A DNA stretch of 64,000 bases from an uncultured Chloroflexia bacterium (GCA_963803165.1 CAWDLK010000006.1:35-64034), one strand, 5' to 3'; positions 8,191 through 19,233 are shown, counted from the first letter of the stretch. Numbers and translations: made by a program. The notes: generated by a model not told the origin, from the letters alone.

Positions 8191-9123
8191 GTGATCGCCA
8201 GACTGCGCCGTCGCCTTCTGCTGGTCCCCCTCCTCGCCGCCGGGGCCGGGGTGCTCTGTGCCACCGTCCCGGTGGCGGCGTCGGGCTGCAGCGGCGCGTA
8301 CGTCACCCAGCTGGTCCAGGTGCGCGACCAGCTGGAGGCGGGCGGTTCCATTGCGGCGGCAGCCGAGCGGCTCGAGGCGCTGGCCCTCTCGGACGGGGCG
8401 TCCGCGGCCCTCGACCCGGTGATCGCCGACCTCTGGAGCGGCGACCCGGCCGGCGCCGAGCGGCTCCTCGGCGCCACCGTCGCGGCCCTCCAGCTCCCCC
8501 ACGGCTCCGGGTGCGGCGGGGTCAGCGGCGCCGAACGGCAGGCGCTCACCGGGGTGTACGGCTCCCCGGCCTTCGCCCATCTCGACCAGCCGGCCTCGCC
8601 CAACTGGGCGCAGCAGCTGCTCGACGCGATCGGCAGCTTCGTGAGCGGGGCGGTCAACACCCTCGGTCCGCTGGGCGCAGGGGCCATCGCCGCACTCCTG
8701 CTCGCGCTCGTGGCCGGGTTCGCAGCCTGGCGCGTCCGCCAGGTGATGGCCTCGGGCCGGGAGCAGCGTGCCGCCCCCGCCGCCCTCCCCGCCGAGGCCG
8801 ACGCCGAGGCGGAGTGGGTCCGGGCCCTGGCGGCCTCGGAGGCGGGCGACTTCCGCGTGGCCATCCGCCACGCCTTCCGCAGCGCCCTGGTGAGCCTGGT
8901 CCGGCGCGGCCGGCTGGCGGTGCAGCCGGCGTGGACGACGCCGGAGCTGCTCGCCCACGCACGCGGCGATCCGGAGCTGGCAGCCCGGCTGGCCCCGGCA
9001 GCCGCCGGCTTCGACCGGGCCTGGTACTCCGACGCTCCCGTCGACGTTCGGGGATGGGAGGAGGTCCAGGGCCACTGCCGGGCGATCCGCGCCCTCTCCG
9101 GAGCCGGCCGTCCACCGTCATGA
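8191..9123 (+). CDS. DUF4129 domain protein (signal-anchored)
   Basis: GTG start 4 nt after the upstream stop. N-terminal signal/TM and a second TM. C-terminal ...AAGFDRAWYSDAPVD is typical of the DUF4129 C-terminus. The stop overlaps the next gene (ATGA). Confidence 0.55.
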   Translation: MIARLRRRLLLVPLLAAGAGVLCATVPVAASGCSGAYVTQLVQVRDQLEAGGSIAAAAERLEALALSDGASAALDPVIADLWSGDPAGAERLLGATVAALQLPHGSGCGGVSGAERQALTGVYGSPAFAHLDQPASPNWAQQLLDAIGSFVSGAVNTLGPLGAGAIAALLLALVAGFAAWRVRQVMASGREQRAAPAALPAEADAEAEWVRALAASEAGDFRVAIRHAFRSALVSLVRRGRLAVQPAWTTPELLAHARGDPELAARLAPAAAGFDRAWYSDAPVDVRGWEEVQGHCRAIRALSGAGRPPS

Positions 9124-10298
9124 GGCGCAGCGCACTGACCCCGGTCGCGATCTTGGTGGCGGTGCTCGCCGTCCTGGTGGCGGTCGCCGCCCTCGCCCCC
9201 GCCCCCAGCTCCGACCAGGACCCCTCCAGCACCGCCAACGGACGGGCTGGGACCCTCGCCCTCTACGACTGGCTCCCCTCCGCCGGGGAGAGCGTCCACC
9301 GCATCTACTCCGAGTTCGACCTCGGCCAGACCGACGTGCTGATCTGCGCCGCGCCGCTGGGCGAGTACGCCTTCACCGCCTCCGACGCCGCCGCCCTCAC
9401 CCGTTTCCTGGACGGCGGCGGCAGCGCGATCGTGGCGGTCTCCGACCCCACCGCGGTCGCCGCGGTGCTCCAGCCGCTCGGCATCGGGGCGTTCGCCTCC
9501 GAGCTCAGCGGCGCCGCACCCGCCCAGCCCTTCCCGGGCAGCAGCGCCGTCACCAGCGTGCCCCTGGTGGCGCCGGGTGCCTCACCGTCCGGCGCAGTGT
9601 GGTCGTTCTCGGGTGGTGGAGGCGGCCTGGTGCCCCTGCTGGGCGATGCGGCGGAGCCGGTCGCCGCCGCGCTCCGGGTCGGTGCCGGCCGTCTCTACCT
9701 CCTCGGCAGCGAGTACCCGCTGAGCAACGACGGCCTCCGCCGCGGCAACTCGGCGGCCTTCCTGCTCGGGCTGCTCCAGGGTGCGCGGGGCCCCCGGGTC
9801 GGCTTCGACGAGGTTCATCACCTCGGCCCGGCCGGGGCCACCGACCAGGGCCTCACCGCCGTCGTCCAGGGCCCCCTGCTCGCGGCCGCCCTGCTCGCCG
9901 TGGCCGTCCTCCTGGTCCACCTGGCGACCAGCGGCCGGCGGCTGGGGAGCCCCCAGCCCCGGGAGGACCCGGCGCGAGTGCCGAGCGTCGTCGAGCACAT
10001 CACGGCGGTGGGGCACCTACTCGCGCGCAGCCGTGAGCGGGGGGCGCTGGCGGCACGCTACGCGGACGAGCTCAAGCTCCGGGTGGGCCGGGCGACGGGG
10101 GTCGAACCGCGGCTGCCCGACCCCGACTTCGTCGCCGCGCTCACCGGGTTCGGCGAGGAGAGGGCCGGTGCCGCGGCCGCGGTCCTCGACGCGGCCAGGC
10201 GGCTGGCCGCCGGCCGGCCCGGCGAGGACGAGCTGCTCGGGCTGGCCCGCCGTGTCGACGCGCTCGAGACCGAGTGGGGGGCGGCGGAGATCCGCTGA
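9120..10298 (+). CDS. DUF4350 domain protein (N-terminal TM anchor)
   Basis: MRRSALTPVAILVAVLAVLVAVAAL... then a GTLALYDWL block, at the usual position between DUF4129 and MoxR. Confidence 0.55.
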   Translation: MRRSALTPVAILVAVLAVLVAVAALAPAPSSDQDPSSTANGRAGTLALYDWLPSAGESVHRIYSEFDLGQTDVLICAAPLGEYAFTASDAAALTRFLDGGGSAIVAVSDPTAVAAVLQPLGIGAFASELSGAAPAQPFPGSSAVTSVPLVAPGASPSGAVWSFSGGGGGLVPLLGDAAEPVAAALRVGAGRLYLLGSEYPLSNDGLRRGNSAAFLLGLLQGARGPRVGFDEVHHLGPAGATDQGLTAVVQGPLLAAALLAVAVLLVHLATSGRRLGSPQPREDPARVPSVVEHITAVGHLLARSRERGALAARYADELKLRVGRATGVEPRLPDPDFVAALTGFGEERAGAAAAVLDAARRLAAGRPGEDELLGLARRVDALETEWGAAEIR

Positions 10299-10340
10299 GG
10301 GGGAGGCCCTGGCTCCGCACGCCTGCGACAATGCCCACCG

Positions 10341-11287
10341 ATGTCCGCCGCCGCCGACCTCCGCGCCTCGCTGCACGCGACCATCGGTCGCGCCGTGGTC
10401 GGCCAGCAGCAGGTGATCGACGGGCTGCTCCTCGCCGTCCTGAACCGCGGTCACGTCCTTCTCGAGGGCGTGCCCGGTACCGCCAAGACGCTGATGGCCC
10501 GCTGCCTCGCCGCGGCCATGGACGCGCGCTTCACCAGGGTGCAGTTCACTCCCGACCTGCTCCCCTCGGACATCATCGGCACCAGCGTCTACCGGCCCGG
10601 CAGCGGGACCTTCGAGTTCCGCCCCGGGCCGATCTTCACCGACACCCTGCTCGCCGACGAGATCAACCGAGCACCCGCCAAGACCCAGGCGGCGCTCCTC
10701 GAGGCGATGGAGGAGCGCCAGGTCACCAGCGACGGCAGGACCATGCCGCTGGGGGACGGCTTCCTGGTGGTGGCCACCCAGAACCCGGTGGAGTACGAGG
10801 GGACCTACCCGCTCCCGGAGGCGCAGCTCGACCGCTTCTTCCTCAAGCTCGAGGTCCCCATCCCACCCGCGGACGCCGAGGCCGAGATGCTGCGCCGCTT
10901 CGACCGGGGCTTCGACCCCCACGACCTGGCGGCGGCCGGGATCGCCCCGGTGGTGACCCAGGCGGCGCTGGCGGCCGCGCGCGCCGAGATCGCAGCGATC
11001 ACGGTCAGCGACGCGATCGTCGCGTACATCGGCCAGATCGTCGCCGCCACCCGCGCGAGCCCCGACCTCACCCTGGGCGCCAGCCCGCGCGGGGCGATCG
11101 CCCTGCTCCAGGGGGGCAAGGCGATGGCGGCCCTGCGGGGCCGGGACTACGTCGCTCCCGAGGACGTCAAGGACATCTGCGTCCCGGCGCTCCGGCATCG
11201 GCTGATGCGACGCCCGGAGGCGGAGATCCAGGGGATCGGAGAGGCTTCGGCGGTGGAGCGGGCGGTCAACCGCGTTCCGATCCCGCG

Positions 11288-11291
<4 letters not shown>
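10341..11291 (+). CDS. moxR: MoxR-family AAA+ ATPase
   Basis: Walker A GVPGTAKT, Walker B LLADEINRAP, and VVATQNP sensor-1 context. Its stop overlaps the DUF58 start (ATGA). Confidence 0.9.
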
Positions 11292-12583
<1,292 letters not shown>

Positions 12584-12604
12584 GCCGCGGGCTGCCTCCC
12601 CGCC

Positions 12605-13327
12605 CTACTCGGGCGCGGGCGGCGGTGGCGGGTACCCTCCGCCGGGGTCCTGGAGCGGTGGGGGGGGCGGGGGCGGAGACGGGAAGTCCCCCGTCTGACC
12701 GCCGGGCGGCAGGGGCTGGCCGAAGGGCACGCTCGCCCCCCCGAAGGGGGCCGGCGGCTGTCCGTAGGCCGGCGGGTAACCCGGGGGCGGACCGTATCCG
12801 GGGCCCATCGGGTAGGCGGGCGGCGGCAGGGAGCGGAACGCCGCCCGGGCGCTGCCGCTGAAGCCGAGGGCCCAGATGATCAGGGCGTTGACGACGATGA
12901 GCACGATCCCGGGGATGGCGCTGCCGTGGACGGTGGCGCCGTTCGCGGTCACGGTGCGCGCCCCGCTCACGGCGCTGAGGATGCCGAGGATCAGGCCCAG
13001 GGTGGAGAGGACCAGCGCGGTCACCCGCGGTCCCGTGCTCAGCCGGCCCATGGCCGCGCCCGCCCAGATGCCCACGACGGCGAGCACGAAGATCACCACC
13101 GCGAAGGCGATCACGGTCCCGCCGACGGCTCCCGCCGCCGTCGAGACCACGTTGCTCCCGGTGTAGCCGATCTGGGCGAGGCGGTTGTTGATCGCCGCCC
13201 CGGCGGTGAGAAAGAGCACGCCGACCGCGGCGATGGCGAGCCCCCCGAGCAGCCAGAGCGCGGCCTCGACGATCAGCAGGACTCGGCCCAGGGTGACCGA
13301 TCCGGGAACTGGCGGTCGTTGCATCAC
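12605..13327 (-). CDS. hypothetical 4-TM membrane protein with a C-terminal Pro-rich PGYGPPPGY tail
   Basis: Hydrophobic helices in the N-terminal 170 aa. The tail YPMGPGYGPPPGYPPAYGQPPAPFGG...PPPPPPPLQDPGGGYPPPPPAPE echoes the repeat of gene 6976. Confidence 0.5.
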   Translation of the reverse strand: MMQRPPVPGSVTLGRVLLIVEAALWLLGGLAIAAVGVLFLTAGAAINNRLAQIGYTGSNVVSTAAGAVGGTVIAFAVVIFVLAVVGIWAGAAMGRLSTGPRVTALVLSTLGLILGILSAVSGARTVTANGATVHGSAIPGIVLIVVNALIIWALGFSGSARAAFRSLPPPAYPMGPGYGPPPGYPPAYGQPPAPFGGASVPFGQPLPPGGQTGDFPSPPPPPPPLQDPGGGYPPPPPAPE

Positions 13328-13387
13328 AGTCGCTCCCTTGCTGGTGATCCGGTCCGGGGTCCGCCGGGGGCCGCCGCTTCCTCGCGA

Positions 13388-13942
13388 CTATAGATGGGGT
13401 GGGGACGCCGCGTCCGGGCCGGCACCGCCGGGCGCGCGCCCCGGCGCGGAGGGGGGCGGCGGGGTGACGCCGCCCGCGGGAGAGGAGCGGTGCCGGGGGC
13501 GCGCGGAGCCGTGGAGGGCGATGATCGCGGCGCCGGCGATGGGCCCGAAGACCCATCCCCCGGGGGCGGCGTCGACGAAGACGATCATGTAGACGCTGAG
13601 CACGACCTCGGTGGCGACCAGGGCCAGCAGCGCCCGGTCGCCCCGGGAGACCACCTCGCGCTCCACGGCCACCACCGCCACCGCGGCGGCGAGGTAGAGG
13701 AAGGCGAAGGTCGCGACGGCGGCCCCGGTGATGGTGGTGTGGGAGGCGATCCCCGAGAGGACGAAGCTAGCCCCCCCGACGGCCATGATGCCCAGGGCGG
13801 AGAGGGCGATCAGCACCAGGACGATCGCCTGACACCAGGCGATCCCCCGTGCCGCCTGGAGGCGGACGGGAAGGCGGCGGCGGCCGAAATCCATGGGGCG
13901 CAGGTTAGGACGCTCCCCGGCGGCCGGACGCGTCGTGGTCAA
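13388..13942 (-). CDS. hypothetical membrane protein with a Pro-rich C-terminal tail
   Basis: 3-4 TM helices, then ...SSPAGGVTPPPPSAPGRAPGG. The start could be the internal Met MDFGRR (13894). Confidence 0.4.
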   Translation of the reverse strand: MTTTRPAAGERPNLRPMDFGRRRLPVRLQAARGIAWCQAIVLVLIALSALGIMAVGGASFVLSGIASHTTITGAAVATFAFLYLAAAVAVVAVEREVVSRGDRALLALVATEVVLSVYMIVFVDAAPGGWVFGPIAGAAIIALHGSARPRHRSSPAGGVTPPPPSAPGRAPGGAGPDAASPPHL

Positions 13943-13993
13943 GCTGTAGCCGGACGCGGCGCCGCTCGTCGCGGCCGGGCGACCGGCCCCAGC

Positions 13994-14875
13994 TCAGCCG
14001 GCGGCCTGGTCGGGCATCGCCTCCAGCGCGGCGACCACCTGGCGGGTGAGATGGGTGGGCGTGGACGCCCCCGAGGTCACCCCCACCCGGTGCACGCCCG
14101 CGAACCACTCCGGGCGCAGCTCGCCGGCGTTGTCGACCAGGAAGGCCGGCTTGTGCCCCATCTCCTCGACCACCTGGGCCAGCCGCCTGCTGTTGCTGCT
14201 CCGCCGGCTCCCCACCACCACCACGCACTCGACGTCGTCGGCGGCGAGCACCGCCGCCTCCTGCCGCTCCTGGGTGGCGCGGCAGATCTCGTTGTGGACC
14301 TCGATCTCGGGGAACCGCTCGACGAGGCGGTCGATGATCGACTGGGTGTCCCACATCGAGAGGGTGGTCTGGCAGGTCACCGCGAGGCGTGTGCCGGGCG
14401 GGAAGGTCAGGGCGTCGGCCTCCTCGATGGATTCGATCAGGGTGGTCTGGGAGGGCGCCACGCCCATCACCCCGTCCGGCTCAGGGTGGCCCCGCTTGCC
14501 GATGTAGACCACCTGGTAGCCCTGCCCCGCCAGCTCGCGGACCAGGTCGTGGGTGCGGGTGACGTCGCTGCAGGTGGCGTCCACGATCTCCAGCCCGCGC
14601 TCGCGGGCGGCGTCCACCACCTGGGGCGAGATGCCGTGGGCGGTGAAGATGACCGTGCCCTCGGTGATCTGGGCCAGCCCCTTCATCCGGTCGGATTCGG
14701 CCACCAGGCGGACCCCCGCCTCCTCCAGCTCCTGGGTGGCGTGCTCGTTGTGGACCAGGTAGCCGAGCATGGTCACGGGCTGGCCGCGCTTCTCGGCGCC
14801 GACCTGCTTGGCCAGCCGGATCGCCTCCACCACCCCATGGCAGTAGCCGCGGGGGCGGATGCGCACGACCTCCAT
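13994..14875 (-). CDS. ispH: 4-hydroxy-3-methylbut-2-enyl diphosphate reductase
   Basis: Full-length LytB match: RGYCHGVVEAI, TAHGISPQV, three conserved Cys, and VVGSRRSSNSRRLAQV. Confidence 0.9.
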   Translation of the reverse strand: MEVVRIRPRGYCHGVVEAIRLAKQVGAEKRGQPVTMLGYLVHNEHATQELEEAGVRLVAESDRMKGLAQITEGTVIFTAHGISPQVVDAARERGLEIVDATCSDVTRTHDLVRELAGQGYQVVYIGKRGHPEPDGVMGVAPSQTTLIESIEEADALTFPPGTRLAVTCQTTLSMWDTQSIIDRLVERFPEIEVHNEICRATQERQEAAVLAADDVECVVVVGSRRSSNSRRLAQVVEEMGHKPAFLVDNAGELRPEWFAGVHRVGVTSGASTPTHLTRQVVAALEAMPDQAAG

Positions 14876-14923
14876 GTGAGCCAGTCTACGCGAGGCCCCG
14901 GCGCGCTCCCGCCCGCCGCCCCT

Positions 14924-15946
14924 TCAGGCGCGGCTGGTGAGGGGTGTCTCGCCGCCGCGTCCCGCCCCGGGAGCGGCGTCCAGGACGAGGACGGGGACGC
15001 CTGGCCGCCCGCGTCCGGCCAGCAGCAGCCATGCGTAGAAGCAGGCCCCGACGCCGAGCCCGATGGCGATCTTGGCACCGCCCGGCAGGGCGCTCGGCGA
15101 GACGAACGCCTCCAGGGTCCCGGCGACGACCAGCAGCAGCATGGTGGCGACCGCCAGACCGACCACCTCACGGCCGGCGCGGGCGAGGGCGTCGCCCCGG
15201 CTGCGCAGCCCGGGCCGCAGCAGCGCGTCGCCGAGGCGCAGCCCCGCGGCGCCGGCGGTGACGATGACGCTCAGCTCCAGCACCCCGTGGGCGGCGATCA
15301 GGGACCAGAAGGCGTAGTCGTAGCCGCCGGTGTGCACCGCCGCGCCCAGGGTGCCCAGGCTCCAGCCCTGAAGGAAGACGAGCAGCACGGTTGGGAGCCC
15401 CAGGCAGAGGCCGAGGGCGAAGACGACCACCGCCACCTCGATGTTGTGGAGAAAGATGCTGGGGGCGGCCAGGAAGGGCTGGGGCACACCGATCCCCGGA
15501 CTCCCCTGGGCCATCTCGGCGAAGAGGGAGTCCGGCACCAGCAGCCCGCGGAGGTCGGGCCGCAGGGCGTAGGCCAGCCAGCCCGCCGCCGTCCCGCTGA
15601 GGAGGCAACCGAGCGAGGCCAGGAAGTAACCGGCATTGGCCCGGAAGGCGCGTGGGGCTCCAGTCGCGAAGAAGCTCAGCCCGTGGCGCCAGCGCGGCGG
15701 TGATCCCCGGTTGAGCAGCACGTGCGCGCGCCCGCAGAGGGAGTTGAGGTACTCGGCGATCGGCTGGTCCGGATAGTCGCGCCGGGCGATGGCGAGGTCG
15801 CTGGCGGCTCGCCGGTAGAGGATCGCGAAGCGCTCGACGTCGGCGGCCCGCAGGCCGCGCAGGCGGCTGCCGGTGAGCGCCGCGGTGCGGGACTCCAGCT
15901 CCGCCCAGCGTGCCCGACGTGTGGCGGTGAACATCTCCAGGCTCAT
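14924..15946 (-). CDS. DUF95 / SpoIIM-like integral membrane protein
   Basis: Internal start of composite ORF 14924..17176. MSLEMFTATRRARWAELE..., ...FLHNIEVAVVVFALG... matches the stage II sporulation protein M family. The start overlaps the RDD stop. Confidence 0.65.
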   Translation of the reverse strand: MSLEMFTATRRARWAELESRTAALTGSRLRGLRAADVERFAILYRRAASDLAIARRDYPDQPIAEYLNSLCGRAHVLLNRGSPPRWRHGLSFFATGAPRAFRANAGYFLASLGCLLSGTAAGWLAYALRPDLRGLLVPDSLFAEMAQGSPGIGVPQPFLAAPSIFLHNIEVAVVVFALGLCLGLPTVLLVFLQGWSLGTLGAAVHTGGYDYAFWSLIAAHGVLELSVIVTAGAAGLRLGDALLRPGLRSRGDALARAGREVVGLAVATMLLLVVAGTLEAFVSPSALPGGAKIAIGLGVGACFYAWLLLAGRGRPGVPVLVLDAAPGAGRGGETPLTSRA

Positions 15947-16803
15947 GGCGCCACCGGGGGCGGCCACCCCCATCCGCCGCGGGGGTCGAGCCGCAGCACG
16001 GGGACCTGCCCCCAGGCGCCGAGGCGCGGCGCCAGCTGGACGTAGAGGCGCTCGAGGAGGAGCTCCGGCGGCCACATCCGCTCGGGGGCGCCCGGCGGGA
16101 TCTCCATCCGCTCGAGCAGGGGACCGGCCAGTCGCGCCGCCAGCTCGGTCCGCTGCCCCGGCCGGAGCCCGGTGCGGCCGAGGAAGGTGCGGACCGCCGC
16201 CAGCTCGTGCTCTCCGAGGTGGCTGAGGCCGTCGATGGGGGGGCCGGGGTCGAGGCTGCGCAGGTAGACGGGCGCCATCGCCGTCGCCGCCTGCAGGGTC
16301 ACCGGGGTCCGCTCCCGCACCACCACGGTGCCGGCGAGGAGGTCGCCGAGACGCCGCGACTGGGGGTGGAAGAACATCAGCACCGGGCCCACTCCCACGA
16401 CGACGTCGACGACCAGGGCGATGCTGCGCAGGAAGTACTCGCCGAGGCTCGCCGCCGCGCCGTCGACGCGGATCACCCGCAGGCCCATCGCCGCCTTGCC
16501 CGGGGTCCGGCCCGCGCTCACCGCCTGACCCACCGTGAAGTACAGGACGACGATCAGCACCCAGGCGGCCGCGAGCAGGTACGAGGCGAGGCTGAAGACG
16601 ACCAGCGAGGCATTCCCACCGCCGCCTCCCGCCGCCGCATCGGCGATGGCGAAGATGAGCAGGGTGGCGACCACCAGGATGCAGGCGAGGATGAGGCCGT
16701 CGAGCAGGGCGGCCGCGATGCGCGTGGCCAGGCCCGCGACCCGGAAGGAGATGCCGACGTTGTCGGCCGTGGTCACACGCTGCGTGTCGTAGCCCGTGGT
16801 CAC
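15943..16803 (-). CDS. RDD family membrane protein
   Basis: GTG start. R..D..D pattern (GRTPGKAAMGLRVIRVDG ... RRLGDLLAGTVVV) with flanking TM helices. Confidence 0.65.
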   Translation of the reverse strand: MTTGYDTQRVTTADNVGISFRVAGLATRIAAALLDGLILACILVVATLLIFAIADAAAGGGGGNASLVVFSLASYLLAAAWVLIVVLYFTVGQAVSAGRTPGKAAMGLRVIRVDGAAASLGEYFLRSIALVVDVVVGVGPVLMFFHPQSRRLGDLLAGTVVVRERTPVTLQAATAMAPVYLRSLDPGPPIDGLSHLGEHELAAVRTFLGRTGLRPGQRTELAARLAGPLLERMEIPPGAPERMWPPELLLERLYVQLAPRLGAWGQVPVLRLDPRGGWGWPPPVAP

Positions 16804-17825
16804 GGCCGGGAAGCCGCCTCCGGACGGCGCGACCGCCGGCGTGCGGCGTGGGTGCTCCGGGCCACCTCGTCCGTGATGCTCTCGCCCTCCGCGGCCGCCG
16901 CCCGCCTTCCGACGGCGTCGCCGGGGCTCGGCGCGGCGACGGTTGCCGGGGCGGCCCTCGACGCGAGCAGCCCGGAGCTGGTGAAGGCGTCGCCGAGCCG
17001 CACCCGGTTCCAGACGGCGCCGATGAGGAGGAATTGGGAGAGGAGGCTGAGCCAGGTTGCGAGCAGGAAGAAGAGCGCCAGGCTCTGCCCGTAGGTGTCG
17101 AAGCCGTGGGCGAGCTTGGCGAAGAGAGGGAAGAGCAGGGTGACGGCCTCGATGAGGACGCCTGCCACCATCGCACCCGGCCAGAGTGCGGCGATCCGGA
17201 ACGTCCGGTTGGGGACGAGCCGGAAGATCGCCAGGCTCAGCAGCGCCATGGCCACGAAGCCGGTGACGGGGCCCAGCCCGGACATGACCGGGACCAGTCC
17301 CACCAGCGTGTTGGCCCCCACCGCGACCAGGAGGCTCGCGGTCAGTCCCAGGATCATCACCGCGCCCATGGCCCGCTGGCGCAGGAAGCCGCGCTGACCG
17401 ATCCCGAAGATCCGGCTGAGGCAGAACTCCAGCGACGAGAAGAAGTTGGTGCCGGCCCAGAGCAGCCCGAGCAGTCCCACGATGCCCAGCAGGCCCGCGT
17501 AGTGATGCAGGTCCTGGGTGATCACCGCGCTCAGCTCCTCCCCGGTTCGGCCCGGGAACGCCCGCAGGATGGCGGTCTGGGCCCGGCTCTGGATCCCCGG
17601 GCCGCTCACCACCAGCCCGATCAGGGCCAGGGTGGCGATGATCATCGGGAACATCGCCATCACCGCGTTGAAGGCGAGGCCCGATGCGTGGCTGCCGCTC
17701 TGGCTCGAGACGTAGGCCGTGACGGTGCGGAAGACGGTGGTGCGCCGGAGGGCCGCGAACCGCGCTTCCCGTGCCGGGACGGCGGGGTCGGCGTCGCGGG
17801 GCGTCACGGTCTCCACCGCGCCCAT
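16800..17825 (-). CDS. YihY/BrkB (UPF0761) family membrane protein
   Basis: Six TM helices. The FNAVMAMFPMIIATLALIG and LSLLSQFLLIGAVWN blocks are typical of the family. The stop overlaps the RDD start. Confidence 0.7.
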   Translation of the reverse strand: MGAVETVTPRDADPAVPAREARFAALRRTTVFRTVTAYVSSQSGSHASGLAFNAVMAMFPMIIATLALIGLVVSGPGIQSRAQTAILRAFPGRTGEELSAVITQDLHHYAGLLGIVGLLGLLWAGTNFFSSLEFCLSRIFGIGQRGFLRQRAMGAVMILGLTASLLVAVGANTLVGLVPVMSGLGPVTGFVAMALLSLAIFRLVPNRTFRIAALWPGAMVAGVLIEAVTLLFPLFAKLAHGFDTYGQSLALFFLLATWLSLLSQFLLIGAVWNRVRLGDAFTSSGLLASRAAPATVAAPSPGDAVGRRAAAAEGESITDEVARSTHAARRRSRRPEAASRP

Positions 17826-17859
17826 TCTGGGCGGGCCGCAGCGGGCCGGCGTTCTCCTG

Positions 17860-18069
17860 CTACTCGACGATGGCGACCGTCTGTCCCTCCTGGACCACCT
17901 CGCCCGGGCTGGCCAGGATGGCGGTGACGGTGCCGGAGATGGGGCTGGTCACCGGGATCTCCATCTTCATGGACTCCAGGACCAGGATGGTCTCGTCCTC
18001 CTCGACCCGCTGCCCCACCTCGGCGACGACCCGCCAGAGGCTCCCGATCACCTCGGCCTTGACTTCCAT
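17860..18069 (-). CDS. stand-alone biotin/lipoyl attachment domain protein (69 aa)
   Basis: MEVKAEVIGSLWRVVAEVGQRVEEDETILVLESMKMEIPVTSPISGTVTAILASPGEVVQEGQTVAIVE, with the biotinyl-Lys motif E-S-M-K-M. Confidence 0.6.
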   Translation of the reverse strand: MEVKAEVIGSLWRVVAEVGQRVEEDETILVLESMKMEIPVTSPISGTVTAILASPGEVVQEGQTVAIVE

Positions 18070-18162
18070 GGGACGGTCACCCCGCCCTGAGCCGTGGGGC
18101 ACGCTCGCCCACCGCCGCCGCGCCCGCCTCGGGGCTCTGCCCCGTCGCCGTCCGAGTGAGGC

Positions 18163-19233
18163 TCACGCCCCGACTACAAGCAGGCGGTCGTCCACCCAGC
18201 CGGTCCAGCCGTTGGAGCAGAGGATGTGCGCCCAGGCCCCGCGCACCTCGGTGACCTGGACCGGAAGGTGACCGCCGAGAGTGGCCACCACCGCGCCCGT
18301 GGGGTCGGGTGCGGCCCATGCCTGCATTCCCTGGGGCGGCACCCGGTGGCTGGGGGTCCAGGGCTGCGCCGGCGCCGGGGAGGGCATGGGTGCCGGCTGC
18401 TGCGCGAACCCCGGCTCCGGGCCCGGCGCGACCTCGAACCCGAGGGCCGGCTCGGGGACGGCCTGGGCCGGCGTCGCCACCGGTTCGAAGACGGTGGCCT
18501 CCGGCGACGACCATGGGGCGGGGGCGGGCGTCCGCTCCTCCGCCCGGAACGCGAAGGCGTCGGAGGCCGGTTCCTCCGGCTGAGGCTCCGTGGCCGGCTC
18601 GGCGGCCGGGAACGTGGGATGCTCGGACACCGGCGGCCACTCCCAGGGCGCGGGGGCGCTCGTCCCAGCCGCCGGAGCGTCGGCGGTCGCGGAGCTGCTC
18701 GTGCCCGCCGGCATGCCCGAGACGGCCAGGGCGGCCTGCTCCGGCGTCTCGCCGCTCTGATCAGGTCCGGGGGCTGCCACCCCCGCCAGGTCGGCGAGGG
18801 CCGGGCTGGCCGCCGGCTCGTCGGCCGGCAGCCCGGCCAGACGGCGCACCGCGCGCCGGGTGCGGACGACATCGCTCACCGCGGTCAGGAAGCTGTGCTT
18901 GGTCAGGCCGTCGAGCACCACCCACGAGGCGACCTCCACCAGCTCCGACCCGGCGTCGAGGTCGGCCGTGACCGGCCCGGGGCGCCGGTCCTCGAGGTCG
19001 GCCAGCTGGTCAGCGAGATCGCCGGGCACGGGCTGGGCCGCCTGGGCCAGGTCGACCCGGTTGCGGAGGACGAGCCGATCCGCCCCGATCGGGAGGGTGG
19101 CGGTGAGCTCGGAGCCCGCGGCCTCGAGCACGAGTGTGAATTCGGCGCCGGGGTCACCCTCCTCTCCAACACACCGAACGCCGCTATCCGCGCTGCACCA
19201 GTCGAGGATGCGCTGCTTCTCGTCAGTGGCCAT
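18163..19233 (-). CDS. hypothetical protein: N-terminal alpha/beta domain, Pro/Ala-rich linker, C-terminal SH3-like domain
   Basis: C-terminus GHLPVQVTEVRGAWAHILCSNGWTGWVDDRLLV resembles a bacterial SH3 fold. The central 150 aa are low-complexity (APAPWEWPPVSEHPTFPAAEPATEPQPEEP...). Confidence 0.4.
   Translation of the reverse strand: MATDEKQRILDWCSADSGVRCVGEEGDPGAEFTLVLEAAGSELTATLPIGADRLVLRNRVDLAQAAQPVPGDLADQLADLEDRRPGPVTADLDAGSELVEVASWVVLDGLTKHSFLTAVSDVVRTRRAVRRLAGLPADEPAASPALADLAGVAAPGPDQSGETPEQAALAVSGMPAGTSSSATADAPAAGTSAPAPWEWPPVSEHPTFPAAEPATEPQPEEPASDAFAFRAEERTPAPAPWSSPEATVFEPVATPAQAVPEPALGFEVAPGPEPGFAQQPAPMPSPAPAQPWTPSHRVPPQGMQAWAAPDPTGAVVATLGGHLPVQVTEVRGAWAHILCSNGWTGWVDDRLLVVGA

Noticed and set aside
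14924-17176. Single 750-aa minus-strand ORF spanning DUF95, RDD and part of YihY. Similar composites at 23297-25945, 46100-47878 and 50041-52890
   Set aside because: Only the 3' parts are protein-like. The upstream parts are junk read-through of neighbouring genes in the wrong frame, so I trimmed each to an internal start with a sensible N-terminus.
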